Below are positions 20,790-30,759 of a DNA stretch of 64,000 nucleotides, one piece after another (the first letter of the stretch is position 1; each line of letters starts with the position of its first letter). Both the position numbers and the translations under genes were made by a program. Source of the DNA: a bacterium (GTDB taxonomy: Bacteria > SAR324 > XYD2-FULL-50-16 > G965216635); contig OZ244188.1 in assembly GCA_965216635.1 (NCBI GenBank), positions 1,856,001 to 1,920,000 on the forward strand, given 5' to 3'. The notes below the pieces were generated by a model. That model searched no databases and was not told the origin of the DNA. It saw only the letters and a program-made list of their open reading frames with translations.

Positions 20790-21070
20790 ACCTAACAATT
20801 AAAGAATACGGAGATCTAAAAACTATTAAAGAAAAAATGCAAAATAATAAGGCAAACAGTAAAGAAATGCAAAATTTTTTAAATTTACTTATTAAAAGCA
20901 GTAATGCATCTAAAATAGAGATTGACAGATATATTGAAAATATTGGTTTTTCTTCATTAGATGGATTTAAAAAACGATTGAGTGACAAAAAAAATGATGA
21001 AGATTTTGTTAAAGGTTTGGCTATTATAGGCGGGGGAATATTGCTTGCGTGGTTATTAAATAGAAAGTAA
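20786..21070 (+). CDS. Hypothetical protein with C-terminal transmembrane helix
   Basis: GLAIIGGGILLAWLL. Confidence 0.65.
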   Translation: MNLTIKEYGDLKTIKEKMQNNKANSKEMQNFLNLLIKSSNASKIEIDRYIENIGFSSLDGFKKRLSDKKNDEDFVKGLAIIGGGILLAWLLNRK

Positions 21071-21146
21071 ACATAACTTATAAAATTTGAGTGTAACGGT
21101 ATTAAGTTTTTGGAGATAAAGGATAAAACTAGAAAAATAAAAAATT

Positions 21147-21821
21147 ATGAGACATTCAAAAACAGTATCTTTAGACTGTCCTCACTGTGAAACAAAATGC
21201 CAGTTTTTACAAATTGATGCTAGCCATAGCTTTTGTGTCAAGGACAATTTGCACCATATTTCTTATCTTTGCACTAATTGTCAGGGTCTAATTGCTACAA
21301 AATGGAGTTCTACGAGTGAAATTTTACAGTTTTTTCAAAGTGCAAACAATTACAAACAACAATTAGATTCTTATTCTCCGCCTGTAGGAGATTGGCAAGC
21401 TAGAGTAGACTTATCTTTAATTACAAATAATGAAGTAAAAGAAGATTTTGAGGAAGCTATAAATTGCTACAATAGCGGATTTTACAATGCTTGTATGATA
21501 TTGGCACGGCGTGCCATTCAACAAGAGATGCTAATAAAAGTAGCTAAAGGAAATAATTTATACCAACAAATTGAATCTCTTGGAATATCAACAAAATTGA
21601 AAACCTTGCTACACAAAGTAAAAAATTTTGGCAACTATGGTGCTCATCCTGATTTTTGTTTATACGATGAAGACAAAAATAAAATCACAGACCCTAAAGG
21701 CTTTGCAAAATTGAGTTTAGAATTTTTGGATAGATATTTTGCTGATGAATATGAAATAGATTCTCTAATAGACACAGCGCCAAAAAGTGAAAAAGAATTA
21801 GAAAAACAAGAAAAAAAATAA
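21147..21821 (+). CDS. DUF4145 (HEPN-like) domain protein with N-terminal Zn ribbon
   Basis: CPHC..CTNC; FEEAINC...ACMILARRAIQ...KNFGNYGAH. Confidence 0.8.
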   Translation: MRHSKTVSLDCPHCETKCQFLQIDASHSFCVKDNLHHISYLCTNCQGLIATKWSSTSEILQFFQSANNYKQQLDSYSPPVGDWQARVDLSLITNNEVKEDFEEAINCYNSGFYNACMILARRAIQQEMLIKVAKGNNLYQQIESLGISTKLKTLLHKVKNFGNYGAHPDFCLYDEDKNKITDPKGFAKLSLEFLDRYFADEYEIDSLIDTAPKSEKELEKQEKK

Positions 21822-21823
21822 AA

Positions 21824-23251
21824 GTGCAGTATTCTATAATTAAGTTGTCTGAGTGCTCAAAATATGATTTTGGACATTTCCTTTTTTCTCCTGAATTTTT
21901 TCTAAATGATAAAATTACTTGTTGGAAAACATTAGAAAAACAATCTCAAAATAAACTGAACGAATACTATTGGCACATAAAAAACATTGTTAACAAAATT
22001 TATCAACAAAGTATTTGTTATGATTTAACCGATGGGATACCAAAATTTTTTGATAATGGAACTGTAGTAGAGAATATTGGAAGCACAAAGAAAATTGCTC
22101 AAAAAGATGATTTTTTGATTTCAAGGATGCGTTCTTATTTAGAAGAAATGGGAATCGTAGAAGAAAGAAAAAAAGAGCAATTATTTTCAACAGAATTTTT
22201 AGTTTTTAGAGCAAAAAATAATAATATTTCCACCCATACTTTATTTGCTTTATGTATGACAAAATTTGTCCAAACAATTCTCAAGCGAGGACAATATGGA
22301 ACTGAACACCCTAGATTCTATGAATTTTTACTAACAAATTTACCAATTCCAACTTGTTTATTTTCTATTGATAAAAGTATTAAAAAAATAATAGGAAAAG
22401 CATTAGAAATCAGAATTTTCTCAAGAGAACTTTACCAAGAAGCAGAAAAAATTCTTTTAGCAGAACTTGGATTGGCAAATTGGAAAGCGAAACACCGTCT
22501 CTGGTTTGTTGCAAATTATTCCGATACTCAAGAAGCAGAGCGGATAGACGCAGAGTATTTTCAGCCAAAATACGATGAGATTATAGACGCCATAAAAAGC
22601 TATTCTGGCGGTTGGGATACTCTAGGAAATATAGTTTCAGTAAATGATAAGAATTTTAAACCAAAAGATGAAAAAAAATACAGATATATTGAACTTTCTA
22701 ATATAGGCGGCAATGGTGAAATTACTAATATTACAACAGAAGAAGGACAATATCTTCCTACTAGAGCAAGGCGTATAGTTTTAAATGGAAATATTATTGT
22801 TTCATCTATTGAAGGTTCTCTATCAAGTATTGCCTTAATTGAAAAAGAATATGACAATGCTCTTTGTTCTACAGGCTTTTTTGTTATCAATTCAGAGTTT
22901 TTAAATTCAAAAATTTTATTAGTGTTGCTTAAAAGTATTGTTGGACAATTACAACTTAAAAAAGGCTGTAAAGGAACTATTCTTACTGCAATAAGTAAAG
23001 ATGAACTTAATAAGATAATTTTACCAAAAATTTCTAAAGAAACCCAAACCAAAATTCAACAAAAAATAGAAGAGTCTTTTAGGTTAAGAAAACAATCCAA
23101 ACAATTGCTAGAGAACGCCAAAAGGACAGTGGAGATAGCCATTGAAAAAGACGAGAAAACCGCGACTCAATGGTTAGAGAAAACCGCGACTCAATGGTTA
23201 GAGAAAACCGCAACTCAATGGCTAGAAAAAAACACAAAAGAAATCTATTAA
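21824..23251 (+). CDS. Restriction-modification specificity (S) subunit
   Basis: Two TRD-like halves (STEFLVFR; LPTRARRIV..CSTGFFVI), RIDAEYFQPKY linker, coiled-coil ends. Confidence 0.85.
   Translation: MQYSIIKLSECSKYDFGHFLFSPEFFLNDKITCWKTLEKQSQNKLNEYYWHIKNIVNKIYQQSICYDLTDGIPKFFDNGTVVENIGSTKKIAQKDDFLISRMRSYLEEMGIVEERKKEQLFSTEFLVFRAKNNNISTHTLFALCMTKFVQTILKRGQYGTEHPRFYEFLLTNLPIPTCLFSIDKSIKKIIGKALEIRIFSRELYQEAEKILLAELGLANWKAKHRLWFVANYSDTQEAERIDAEYFQPKYDEIIDAIKSYSGGWDTLGNIVSVNDKNFKPKDEKKYRYIELSNIGGNGEITNITTEEGQYLPTRARRIVLNGNIIVSSIEGSLSSIALIEKEYDNALCSTGFFVINSEFLNSKILLVLLKSIVGQLQLKKGCKGTILTAISKDELNKIILPKISKETQTKIQQKIEESFRLRKQSKQLLENAKRTVEIAIEKDEKTATQWLEKTATQWLEKTATQWLEKNTKEIY
23153..23224 (+). 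repeat. 24-bp in-frame tandem repeat x3 (EKTATQWL)
   Basis: GAGAAAACCGC(G/A)ACTCAATGG(T/C)TA x3. Confidence 0.95.
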
Positions 23252-23392
23252 AATCCTTTTCCTATTTCTAGAAATAATTTCTAAAAAAATTACAAAATAA
23301 AAATAATAATTTGCTTGTATGAATTTTTTCTGCTTTGGTATAAACACTTACTCATAAGATTGTTTGAATTTTAGCAATCCAATCTTAAAACT

Positions 23393-24463
23393 ATGAAAAA
23401 CACAAACCCTGTTTTGGCATCTACTTGCACTATGAATAAATTTACTAAAAAAGCATTTATTTTTATCCTACTTTTTTTAATAATACCGAAAATATTTGCA
23501 AAAAATTTTACTTTTACTATTCACCATTTTTTAGGCACAAGCTCGCATACCCATAAAAAAATGATTGTGCCTTGGGCAAAAAAAATCACCAAAGAATCCA
23601 AAGGAAGAATAAAGTTTGAAATTTTTCCAGCTATGTCTTTGGGCGGAAAACCCAATGAATTATACAAACAGGTGCGAGATGGTGTAGTAGATATTGTTTG
23701 GACTTTACCCGGCTATACGGCTGGAGTTTTTCCTAGAGTGGAGGCTTTTGAATTGGCAGGAGTTCATCTAGGAAGTGCAAGAGTTACTAATTTGGCGTTG
23801 CAAGATACGATGGAGTTTATCAAGGAAGATTTCAAAGCTATCCATCCTCTACTTATTCATACTCATTCTGGCAATGCTCTTCATCTGGTAAGTAGAAAAG
23901 TTACAAAAATAGACGACTTAAAAGGATTAAAACTCCGCACTCCTTCTCGCTCTGGTGCTTGGTTGATAGAAAGTTGGGGCGCTGAGCCTGTAGGAATGCC
24001 CGTGCCTGCACTTCCTCAAGCCCTCTCTAAAAAAGTGATTGGTGGAGCTTTGATTCCTTTTGAAATTGCGATTAGTCTCAAGATAGCAGATTTAACGAGT
24101 TCTTCGGTGGAGCTAGCTAATGGAGAGAGATTTGGCACTTCGGTTTTTCTTTTTGCGATGAATAAAAAAAGTTATAACTCACTTCCAGCCGATCTAAAAA
24201 AAATAATAGATAAAAATTCAGGTAGAGATTTTGCAGAAAAAATGGGAAAATCTTGGGATGAAATAGAATTGCTCGGCAAAGATATAGCCAGAAAAAAAGG
24301 CAACCCAGTAATAGAACTATCGGTAAAAGAATCCAAAAAATTCATTCTAAACAATAAAAAAATTACTGCTAGATGGGTTAAGGAAGTAGCTAAAAAAAAT
24401 ATTGACGGCAGAAAAATTTTACAAGCAGCAAAAAAAGCAGTAGTAGGGCATTCTAAAAAATGA
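23393..24463 (+). CDS. dctP: TRAP transporter substrate-binding protein
   Basis: EIFPAMSLGG, VRDGVVDIVW, DLKGLKLR, GAEPVGMP; the true start may be MNKFTK. Confidence 0.9.
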   Translation: MKNTNPVLASTCTMNKFTKKAFIFILLFLIIPKIFAKNFTFTIHHFLGTSSHTHKKMIVPWAKKITKESKGRIKFEIFPAMSLGGKPNELYKQVRDGVVDIVWTLPGYTAGVFPRVEAFELAGVHLGSARVTNLALQDTMEFIKEDFKAIHPLLIHTHSGNALHLVSRKVTKIDDLKGLKLRTPSRSGAWLIESWGAEPVGMPVPALPQALSKKVIGGALIPFEIAISLKIADLTSSSVELANGERFGTSVFLFAMNKKSYNSLPADLKKIIDKNSGRDFAEKMGKSWDEIELLGKDIARKKGNPVIELSVKESKKFILNNKKITARWVKEVAKKNIDGRKILQAAKKAVVGHSKK

Positions 24464-24957
24464 AAGTTAGCTTTGAAAAACTTGTCTTATTCTGGTGTCT
24501 TTTATCAGGAGCTTTGCTTTTTTTTATAGTCTTTCTTACCACTCTCAACATTTTCGGATTTACACTCCATTTTATTGCAAGATTTTTTGGCGGCTCTTTT
24601 CCCGCTATTGCAGGCTACGAGGAAATCGTCACCGTTTTCACAGGGCTTGCTGTTTTGGGTATGTTTCCTTACGGTCAATTAAAAAAGGGACATATAGCCG
24701 TAGATTTTTTTATGGAAAAAACACACCCGAGATTTCAAATGATTGTAGGATGTATTTCCGATACTCTACTCTGCGGGGTAGCTATTTTGCTGTCTGTGAT
24801 GATGTTTTATGGAATGCTAGAAGCTAGAGCCGATGGCTTGACTACGCCTGTTGTGGGTTGGCAAATTTGGTATTTTTATCTAGGGGGATTTATTTCTTGC
24901 TTGTTGTGGTTTCTTACTACTTTGCTTCCTTTTTTTTCAAAAGACGAGTTTAGATAA
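24460..24957 (+). CDS. dctQ: TRAP transporter small permease
   Basis: Four TM segments, GHIAVDF. Confidence 0.88.
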   Translation: MKVSFEKLVLFWCLLSGALLFFIVFLTTLNIFGFTLHFIARFFGGSFPAIAGYEEIVTVFTGLAVLGMFPYGQLKKGHIAVDFFMEKTHPRFQMIVGCISDTLLCGVAILLSVMMFYGMLEARADGLTTPVVGWQIWYFYLGGFISCLLWFLTTLLPFFSKDEFR

Positions 24958-24961
24958 AACA

Positions 24962-26347
24962 ATGGATATTCGTGAATGGATTGGAGTAGGTGGCATAGGA
25001 TTTTTGTTTTTATTACTTGCTCTTCGCATTCCTGTAGCTCTCGCTATGTTTCTGGTTGCTGTGGCTGGCTCTTTTATTTTGAGCTTAGCTACTCCTTTCT
25101 TAAGATTTGATGCTTACCTTTTGCAATTTCAATCTGCCTTTTGGAACTCTGTAGCCTCTTACGAATTATCGGTTTTACCTCTTTTTATTTTGATGGGATT
25201 TTTGGCGAGTGAATCGGAATTGAGCCGTCATCTTTTTCAAGGAATGCAAGCACTTGTAGGTAGATTTAAAGGAGGAGTAGCTTTAGCTGTAATTGGAGCC
25301 TGTGCTAGTTTCGGGGCAGTGAGTGGTTCGTCCGTTGCTACGGCTAGCACTATGAGTAAAATCTCTCTGCCAGAACTGAAAAAATTAAATTACGATGAGA
25401 GTTTTTCTACTGGTATATTAGCTGCTGGTGGCACTCTCGGTATTCTCATTCCTCCTTCCATTGTGCTAGTCGTTTATGCGGTAGTGGTAGAATCTTCCAT
25501 TATAGAAATGTTTCAAGCAGCCATTTTACCCGCCTTACTAGCAGTTGTTTTTTTTGCGGCAACCATTTTATTTTTAGTTTTTAAAAATCCTGCTCTCGCT
25601 CCGCAAACTGCAAAACTTTCTAAAAAAGAAAAGAAACAAAAAATTTTGCGGTTGTTTCCTGTACTTATTATTTTTGGAATCATAATTTTAGGACTAGGTT
25701 TAGGGTTTTTTACTCCCACACCCGCAGCCTCCGCGGGGGTTTTTCTTATTTTTTGCTATGGCTTGGTTTTAAAATACAAAGGGGACTATGGCTTAAATTG
25801 GAGTGGAATCAAAAATGCTATAAAACAAACTGCTAAAACTACGGCTATGATTTATTTTATTTTATTTGCTGCAGATATTATCAAAGGATTTTTTTCGCGA
25901 TCAGGTTTGCCGAGCCTTTTGATAGAGCTATTGCAAAACAGCGACTGGAATCCTTATCTGGTGCTGGTTTTGATGTTGGCTATTTTGATACTACTTGGTT
26001 TTTTTATGGAATCACTATCCATGATTTTAGTTTTTATCCCTTTCTTTTTACCTATTTTAATAGAATTGAACGGAGGCGAATATGTAGAACCTGCGACCGC
26101 TTTTTTTGGTATGAACACAGATAACCTGAAAATATGGTTTGGAATTTTGGCTTTAGTCGTTGTTGAATTAGGATTAATTACACCTCCAGTGGGGCTCAAT
26201 GTTTTTGTGATTAAAAGTTTTTCTCCTAATACACCTACCAAAAGTATTTTTCTAGGTGTGATGCCTTTTTTCTGTGTAGAAATTTTACGAGTTTTATTAC
26301 TACTAGCAATACCCGCCCTTTGTCTTTTTCTGCCTCGTATTTTATAA
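24962..26347 (+). CDS. dctM: TRAP transporter large permease
   Basis: LPLFILMG, GSSVATA, GGTLGILIPPS, ELGLITPPVGLNVF. Confidence 0.93.
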   Translation: MDIREWIGVGGIGFLFLLLALRIPVALAMFLVAVAGSFILSLATPFLRFDAYLLQFQSAFWNSVASYELSVLPLFILMGFLASESELSRHLFQGMQALVGRFKGGVALAVIGACASFGAVSGSSVATASTMSKISLPELKKLNYDESFSTGILAAGGTLGILIPPSIVLVVYAVVVESSIIEMFQAAILPALLAVVFFAATILFLVFKNPALAPQTAKLSKKEKKQKILRLFPVLIIFGIIILGLGLGFFTPTPAASAGVFLIFCYGLVLKYKGDYGLNWSGIKNAIKQTAKTTAMIYFILFAADIIKGFFSRSGLPSLLIELLQNSDWNPYLVLVLMLAILILLGFFMESLSMILVFIPFFLPILIELNGGEYVEPATAFFGMNTDNLKIWFGILALVVVELGLITPPVGLNVFVIKSFSPNTPTKSIFLGVMPFFCVEILRVLLLLAIPALCLFLPRIL

Positions 26348-26436
26348 TAATTTTTTTTTGTTTGTAGTTTTCTTGCTTTTTTGATATTGCTAGCATTTAG
26401 ATTGATTATAGATATTTTTAAATTAATCAAAAAATT

Positions 26437-26538
26437 ATGAGTACTCTATTTATTATTTTTATAGTCGCTTTTTGTAGTATTATACTTCCCTTTGGATATG
26501 TTGCTTTTTTCTTTGACACTAACAAAAAAAAAAAGTAA
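26437..26538 (+). CDS. Possible 33-aa single-pass membrane peptide
   Basis: MSTLFIIFIVAFCSIILPFGYVAFFFDTNKKKK. Confidence 0.3.
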   Translation: MSTLFIIFIVAFCSIILPFGYVAFFFDTNKKKK

Positions 26539-26581
26539 CTAAACCCAAATTGCCGGAATAGATGTCACTTGAAATTAAAAT

Positions 26582-26752
26582 AAACCTTTGAATTTCGCTG
26601 CTGTGACGGCTAGCCAAATGGTTAGAACAGGTGCGAAAAAAATTTTTAGCTCGCTGGAATACTGAAGAGCATTTCTTTACAAATGGCAAGAGTTAAAAAT
26701 TTTTTCAACTTTTTTCTGCATAGGCTAAACAGAACGCAAATTCAAAAGTCTA
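26582..26752. repeat. MITE-like palindromic element copy
   Basis: AAACCTTTGAATTTCGCTGCTGTGACGGCTAGCC...AAATTCAAAAGTCTA. Confidence 0.85.
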
Positions 26753-26863
26753 GTAATTTTTTTTGTGGATAGCCTTTATTTTCCGCTACTACTAATTGCA
26801 AATTCTTGACATTAAAAGAAAATTTTGTTAAATTGAATTTTTACAAACCAACCCTTAAAAAAA

Positions 26864-27094
26864 ATGAAAAAAAAACTACAGGGTAAAACTTCTAAAGTTG
26901 TATCTTCTCGCACTAAAATTTCTAAACATAAATCTTGCGGAGTAATTTCTAACCATGGATATTGCGGAGGAATTTCTAAACCTGCAACTCCTCGCACTAG
27001 AGAAATTATGGATTACCCATTTAAGGGTACTATCAGCGAAGCTAGAATCAAAAAGGCTGTTAAAGCAGTTATTGCGGCTAGAACTAATAAATAA
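26864..27094 (+). CDS. Small basic hypothetical protein
   Basis: 76 aa, TAATG-coupled to the next gene. Confidence 0.55.
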   Translation: MKKKLQGKTSKVVSSRTKISKHKSCGVISNHGYCGGISKPATPRTREIMDYPFKGTISEARIKKAVKAVIAARTNK

Positions 27095-27711
27095 TGAAAG
27101 GAATTTACAGTCGCAATATTTTCATCAACTGTCCTTTTGATGAAGAATATAAGCCTATCCACGATGCCATTGTTTTTACTATTTTTGATTGCGGATTTAT
27201 ACCAAGAAGTGCTTTTGAAGAGAATGATTCGGGAAATGTTCGGCTTGAAAAAATTATAAAAATTATTGCGGAATCTAAATTTGGGATACACGATATATCA
27301 AGAACAGAAATAGATAAAAGCACTCAACTACCAAGATTTAATATGCCTTTTGAATTAGGGTTGTTTTTAGGTGCTAAAAAATTGGGTGAGAAAGGGCAAA
27401 GAAGCAAAAAAATTCTGATTTTAGATAAAGAAAAATACCGTTATCAAAAGTTTATTTCGGATATAGCAGGTCAAGATATAGAAGCGCACAAAGGAGACTC
27501 TGAAGTGGTAATATCAAAAATAAGAAATTGGTTAAATAATACTGTCAACAGAACTATTCCAGGAGGCAACTCAATTTATAGCAGATACCAAACATTTCAA
27601 AAAGAACTACCTGATCTTTGCAAGGAACTAAATTTAGAGGTTAATGAAATATTCTATAAAGACTATTGTAAATTGATTAAAAATTGGCTTAAAGCAGTAA
27701 GTCAAGAATAG
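27094..27711 (+). CDS. TIR-like / nucleoside-deoxyribosyltransferase-like fold protein
   Basis: IFINCPFD, RLEKIIKII..SKFGIHDISR, RFNMPFELG. Confidence 0.6.
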   Translation: MKGIYSRNIFINCPFDEEYKPIHDAIVFTIFDCGFIPRSAFEENDSGNVRLEKIIKIIAESKFGIHDISRTEIDKSTQLPRFNMPFELGLFLGAKKLGEKGQRSKKILILDKEKYRYQKFISDIAGQDIEAHKGDSEVVISKIRNWLNNTVNRTIPGGNSIYSRYQTFQKELPDLCKELNLEVNEIFYKDYCKLIKNWLKAVSQE

Positions 27712-27725
27712 TATTATCTCATAGC

Positions 27726-28652
27726 TTAGCGAAAAAATTTATACAACTCCCTCAATTCTTGCTGACTGTTTTCTGCAGTTTCTATGCTAAACTTTATTTT
27801 TTGTTTCGGTCTTAATTGGGAAATTTTAAAAGTATCTACTGCTGGAATATAACCCAATTTAGAATATCCTCCGATGGTTTGGCAATCTTTCATTAAAACA
27901 ATCGGAAACCCTTGTTTAGGTACTTGCACTGTCCCATAAGCTAGGCTCTCTGAAGGTAAGTTGGTTATTTTAGGAATTATCTTTTTTCCTTCTAGCCGAA
28001 ATCCCATTCTATCTGAATTGAGACTAATACTGTGCTCGTTCTTTAAAAAACTTTGCAGCTCTTTTTTCTCAAAAAGACTCTCCACATCTTCATTCAAAAC
28101 AATCCGTACTGTGAGGGGTTTTTTAGCATTCGGTTTTAAGTATTGCGGAATAAGTTCTCGTATCAAAAGAGCTGGATTTTGCAGTTTTACTTTACTATAG
28201 GGTAAGGTTTGTTTACTCAGTCTTTTTCCAGCGTTGGCTCCTACTCCTAGTTTAAAATTGGTAGCGTAACTGTTTTTGAACGGTTGCAAATCAAAACTTT
28301 CTTGCACTGCTAGATAATTGAGACTGCCGCAGGTTACTTCTTTAATTTCAATAGTATCTCCAGCTTTTACTGGAAAACGAGACCACACTGGAATTTTTTT
28401 TTGATTGTATAGTAAAAGACAATCCGCACCCGTAATAGCTACATTGGTATCTTCCAAAACCTCTGCTTGAAAATTGCCCATAAAAATTTCTACGGCGTTG
28501 TGAGGATTATGGTTCTGCAAAAGGTGTTGTGCCATAAGGTAAGCGTATTCGTCTAAAGCTCCAGACAAGCCCAAACCTATTTTATGGTAACCGTATCTAC
28601 CTAAATCTTGGATTAGGCTGCGAATACCAGCTTTAAGAATTTTTAGTGCCAA
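27726..28652 (-). CDS. pxpC: 5-oxoprolinase subunit C (allophanate hydrolase subunit 2 family)
   Basis: IQDLGRYG, SGALD, SDRMGFRL, GTVQVP..G.PIVLMKDCQTIGGY; probable TTG start after GGAGG. Confidence 0.88.
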   Translation of the reverse strand: MALKILKAGIRSLIQDLGRYGYHKIGLGLSGALDEYAYLMAQHLLQNHNPHNAVEIFMGNFQAEVLEDTNVAITGADCLLLYNQKKIPVWSRFPVKAGDTIEIKEVTCGSLNYLAVQESFDLQPFKNSYATNFKLGVGANAGKRLSKQTLPYSKVKLQNPALLIRELIPQYLKPNAKKPLTVRIVLNEDVESLFEKKELQSFLKNEHSISLNSDRMGFRLEGKKIIPKITNLPSESLAYGTVQVPKQGFPIVLMKDCQTIGGYSKLGYIPAVDTFKISQLRPKQKIKFSIETAENSQQELRELYKFFR

Positions 28653-29325
28653 GTGTCCCTCCTTTATTAAGAAATATTTTTTTAGAAATGGGTTCAAATT
28701 TTACTCTATCGCCTACTTGCAGTAGACAAGGATTTTCTTTTTTCCAATCCACCATAGAAAGATAGGTTTTGCCAATAAGATTCCAACCTCCAGGACTAGA
28801 GTCTGGATAAATTGCCGTTTGCTCGTTTGCAATAGCAATAGAGCCAGTAGGAATTTGCAGCCTAGGATCGCTCCTGCGAGGAATGTGAAGTTTTTTTTCT
28901 AAATCCCCTAAATAACCAAAACCCGGTCTAAAACCTATCGCATATACTTCATAAATAGGATGACTATGTATTTTTATAATTTCGTCTAAGGATAGATTCT
29001 TTGTTTGCTTGATCTCTTCTAAATCCAAACCAACTTCTGTTCCGTAATATACAGGAATTGTGTGGGTTTCGCTTTTAACAAGCGATTTTTTTTTACTGGA
29101 TAAATTGGATTCATTTTCTTGGAAAAGTTTTTGAATTTTTTGGATAAAATCTGTGTAGGAAATCTTTAAAATATCGTAATACACAAGCAGACTAAAATAG
29201 GCAAGAGTCGTATCTAAAATATAATCACTAAACTTTTCTTCCAATAAGTCAGCAAAAGGCAGTAGTTTTTGTCTGTCGGTTTCCTTAATCAAAAGGCTGT
29301 TATCACTGGCGGGGTAGGTTTTCAT
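28633..29325 (-). CDS. pxpB: 5-oxoprolinase subunit B
   Basis: IPVYYG..GLDL, GFRPGFGYLG, QTAIYP.SSPGGWNLIG. Confidence 0.92.
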   Translation of the reverse strand: MKTYPASDNSLLIKETDRQKLLPFADLLEEKFSDYILDTTLAYFSLLVYYDILKISYTDFIQKIQKLFQENESNLSSKKKSLVKSETHTIPVYYGTEVGLDLEEIKQTKNLSLDEIIKIHSHPIYEVYAIGFRPGFGYLGDLEKKLHIPRRSDPRLQIPTGSIAIANEQTAIYPDSSPGGWNLIGKTYLSMVDWKKENPCLLQVGDRVKFEPISKKIFLNKGGTLGTKNS

Positions 29326-29474
29326 TGTTTTTAGGTCTCAAAGTTTTCAGGTCTCAAAATGTTTATTAAAATTTTTAGCTTAAAGTAAAAATTTTTTTTG
29401 AATATTTTTGTAAAATAGTTTATCCTCTTAAGAAAAACTTACACTAACCAAAAAATTAGCTAAAGAACAATTTA

Positions 29475-30506
29475 ATGCAATACAAAAATTTAGGAAACTC
29501 CGATTTAAAAGTCAGCCGTATTTGTCTTGGTACAATGACTTTTGGAGAACAAAATAGCGAACAAGAAGCCTTTGAACAACTAGACTACAGTTGGCAACAA
29601 GGAGTCAATTTTTTAGATACTGCTGAGATGTATTCTGTACCTACAAAAAAAGCAACCTACGGCAAAACAGAAACGATTGTCGGAAATTGGATAAAGCAAA
29701 GAAAAAATAGAGCACAGGTTATCATCGCAACGAAAGTTGTAGGTCCTAAAATACCCTACATTAGAGGCGGCAGCAGACTTACCAAAAAGCAGATTCTGCA
29801 AGCAATAGAAGACAGCCTTAAAAGACTACAAACAGACTATGTGGATCTTTACCAACTCCATTGGCCCGAGAGACAAACCAATATATTTTCTAGATTGGAC
29901 TTTACTGCTCCAGAAAACGAAGAAGCAATAGAGATATTGGAGAGCTTAGAAGCACTAGGAGAATTAGTGCAATCTGGGAAAGTGCGTTATATTGGAGTTT
30001 CTAATGAAACTCCTTGGGGAATTAGTCAATTTCTACGACTTTGTAAAGAACACAACTTGCCAAAAATTATATCTATTCAAAATTCTTATAATCTGATTAA
30101 TAGAATTTATGAAATAGGTCTTGCTGAATTTAGTTTTCGGGATGCTATAGATTTACTGCCCTATTCTCCTCTCGGTTTTGGAGCCTTGAGCGGGAAATAT
30201 TTGCACGGACAGAAACCACCAAAAGGCAGGCTAACACTTTTCCCAGAATTTGGGAGATACACTAAACCTAACGGAATTAAAGCTACCGAAGACTACTTTA
30301 AATTAGCCCAAAAATATAAACTGGATCCAGCAGCAATGGCTTTGGCGTTTATCAATAGTAGGTTCTTTGTAGGTAGCAATATTATTGGAGCTACTACTAT
30401 GGAACAGCTGAAAACCAATATAGATTCTATAGATTTGGAATTGCCTCCAGAATTATTAGCAGAGATAGAAGCTATTCATAAAAATAATCCCAACCCTGCT
30501 CCCTAA
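29475..30506 (+). CDS. tas: NADP(H)-dependent aldo/keto reductase
   Basis: CLGTMTFGEQN, DTAEMY, DLYQLHWPER, GVSNETPWG. Confidence 0.9.
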   Translation: MQYKNLGNSDLKVSRICLGTMTFGEQNSEQEAFEQLDYSWQQGVNFLDTAEMYSVPTKKATYGKTETIVGNWIKQRKNRAQVIIATKVVGPKIPYIRGGSRLTKKQILQAIEDSLKRLQTDYVDLYQLHWPERQTNIFSRLDFTAPENEEAIEILESLEALGELVQSGKVRYIGVSNETPWGISQFLRLCKEHNLPKIISIQNSYNLINRIYEIGLAEFSFRDAIDLLPYSPLGFGALSGKYLHGQKPPKGRLTLFPEFGRYTKPNGIKATEDYFKLAQKYKLDPAAMALAFINSRFFVGSNIIGATTMEQLKTNIDSIDLELPPELLAEIEAIHKNNPNPAP

Positions 30507-30515
30507 CTCATAAGC

Positions 30516-30749
30516 GAGACTGTTGAACTTTAGCATTATAGGAAAGCTAGACAAGGCGCGAAAATTTTTTACCCAAGAGGAATACTGGAGTATTTTGAAT
30601 GATAAAAAATTTGATCAACAGCGTAGTGCCACAATAATGGGAGCAGGCACTACAAAACTTAGCAAGACCACAAATAGACTGCTAAAGCCTGTATAAAGTG
30701 AACGCAGTAAGCCTGTTGCGTAAACTAGAATGTCTAATTCAATAGTCTC
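30516..30749. repeat. Divergent MITE-like palindromic element copy
   Basis: GAGACTGTTGAACT...AATTCAATAGTCTC terminal inverted repeats; internal GGAATACT-AGTATTT palindrome and CACTACAAAACTTA module shared with the 14.4-kb copy. Confidence 0.75.
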
Positions 30750-30759
30750 AAAAAGTGAA

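Noticed and set aside
27726..29325. pxpBC without adjacent pxpA as a novel pathway
   Set aside because: pxpA is often encoded elsewhere; cannot be judged from one window
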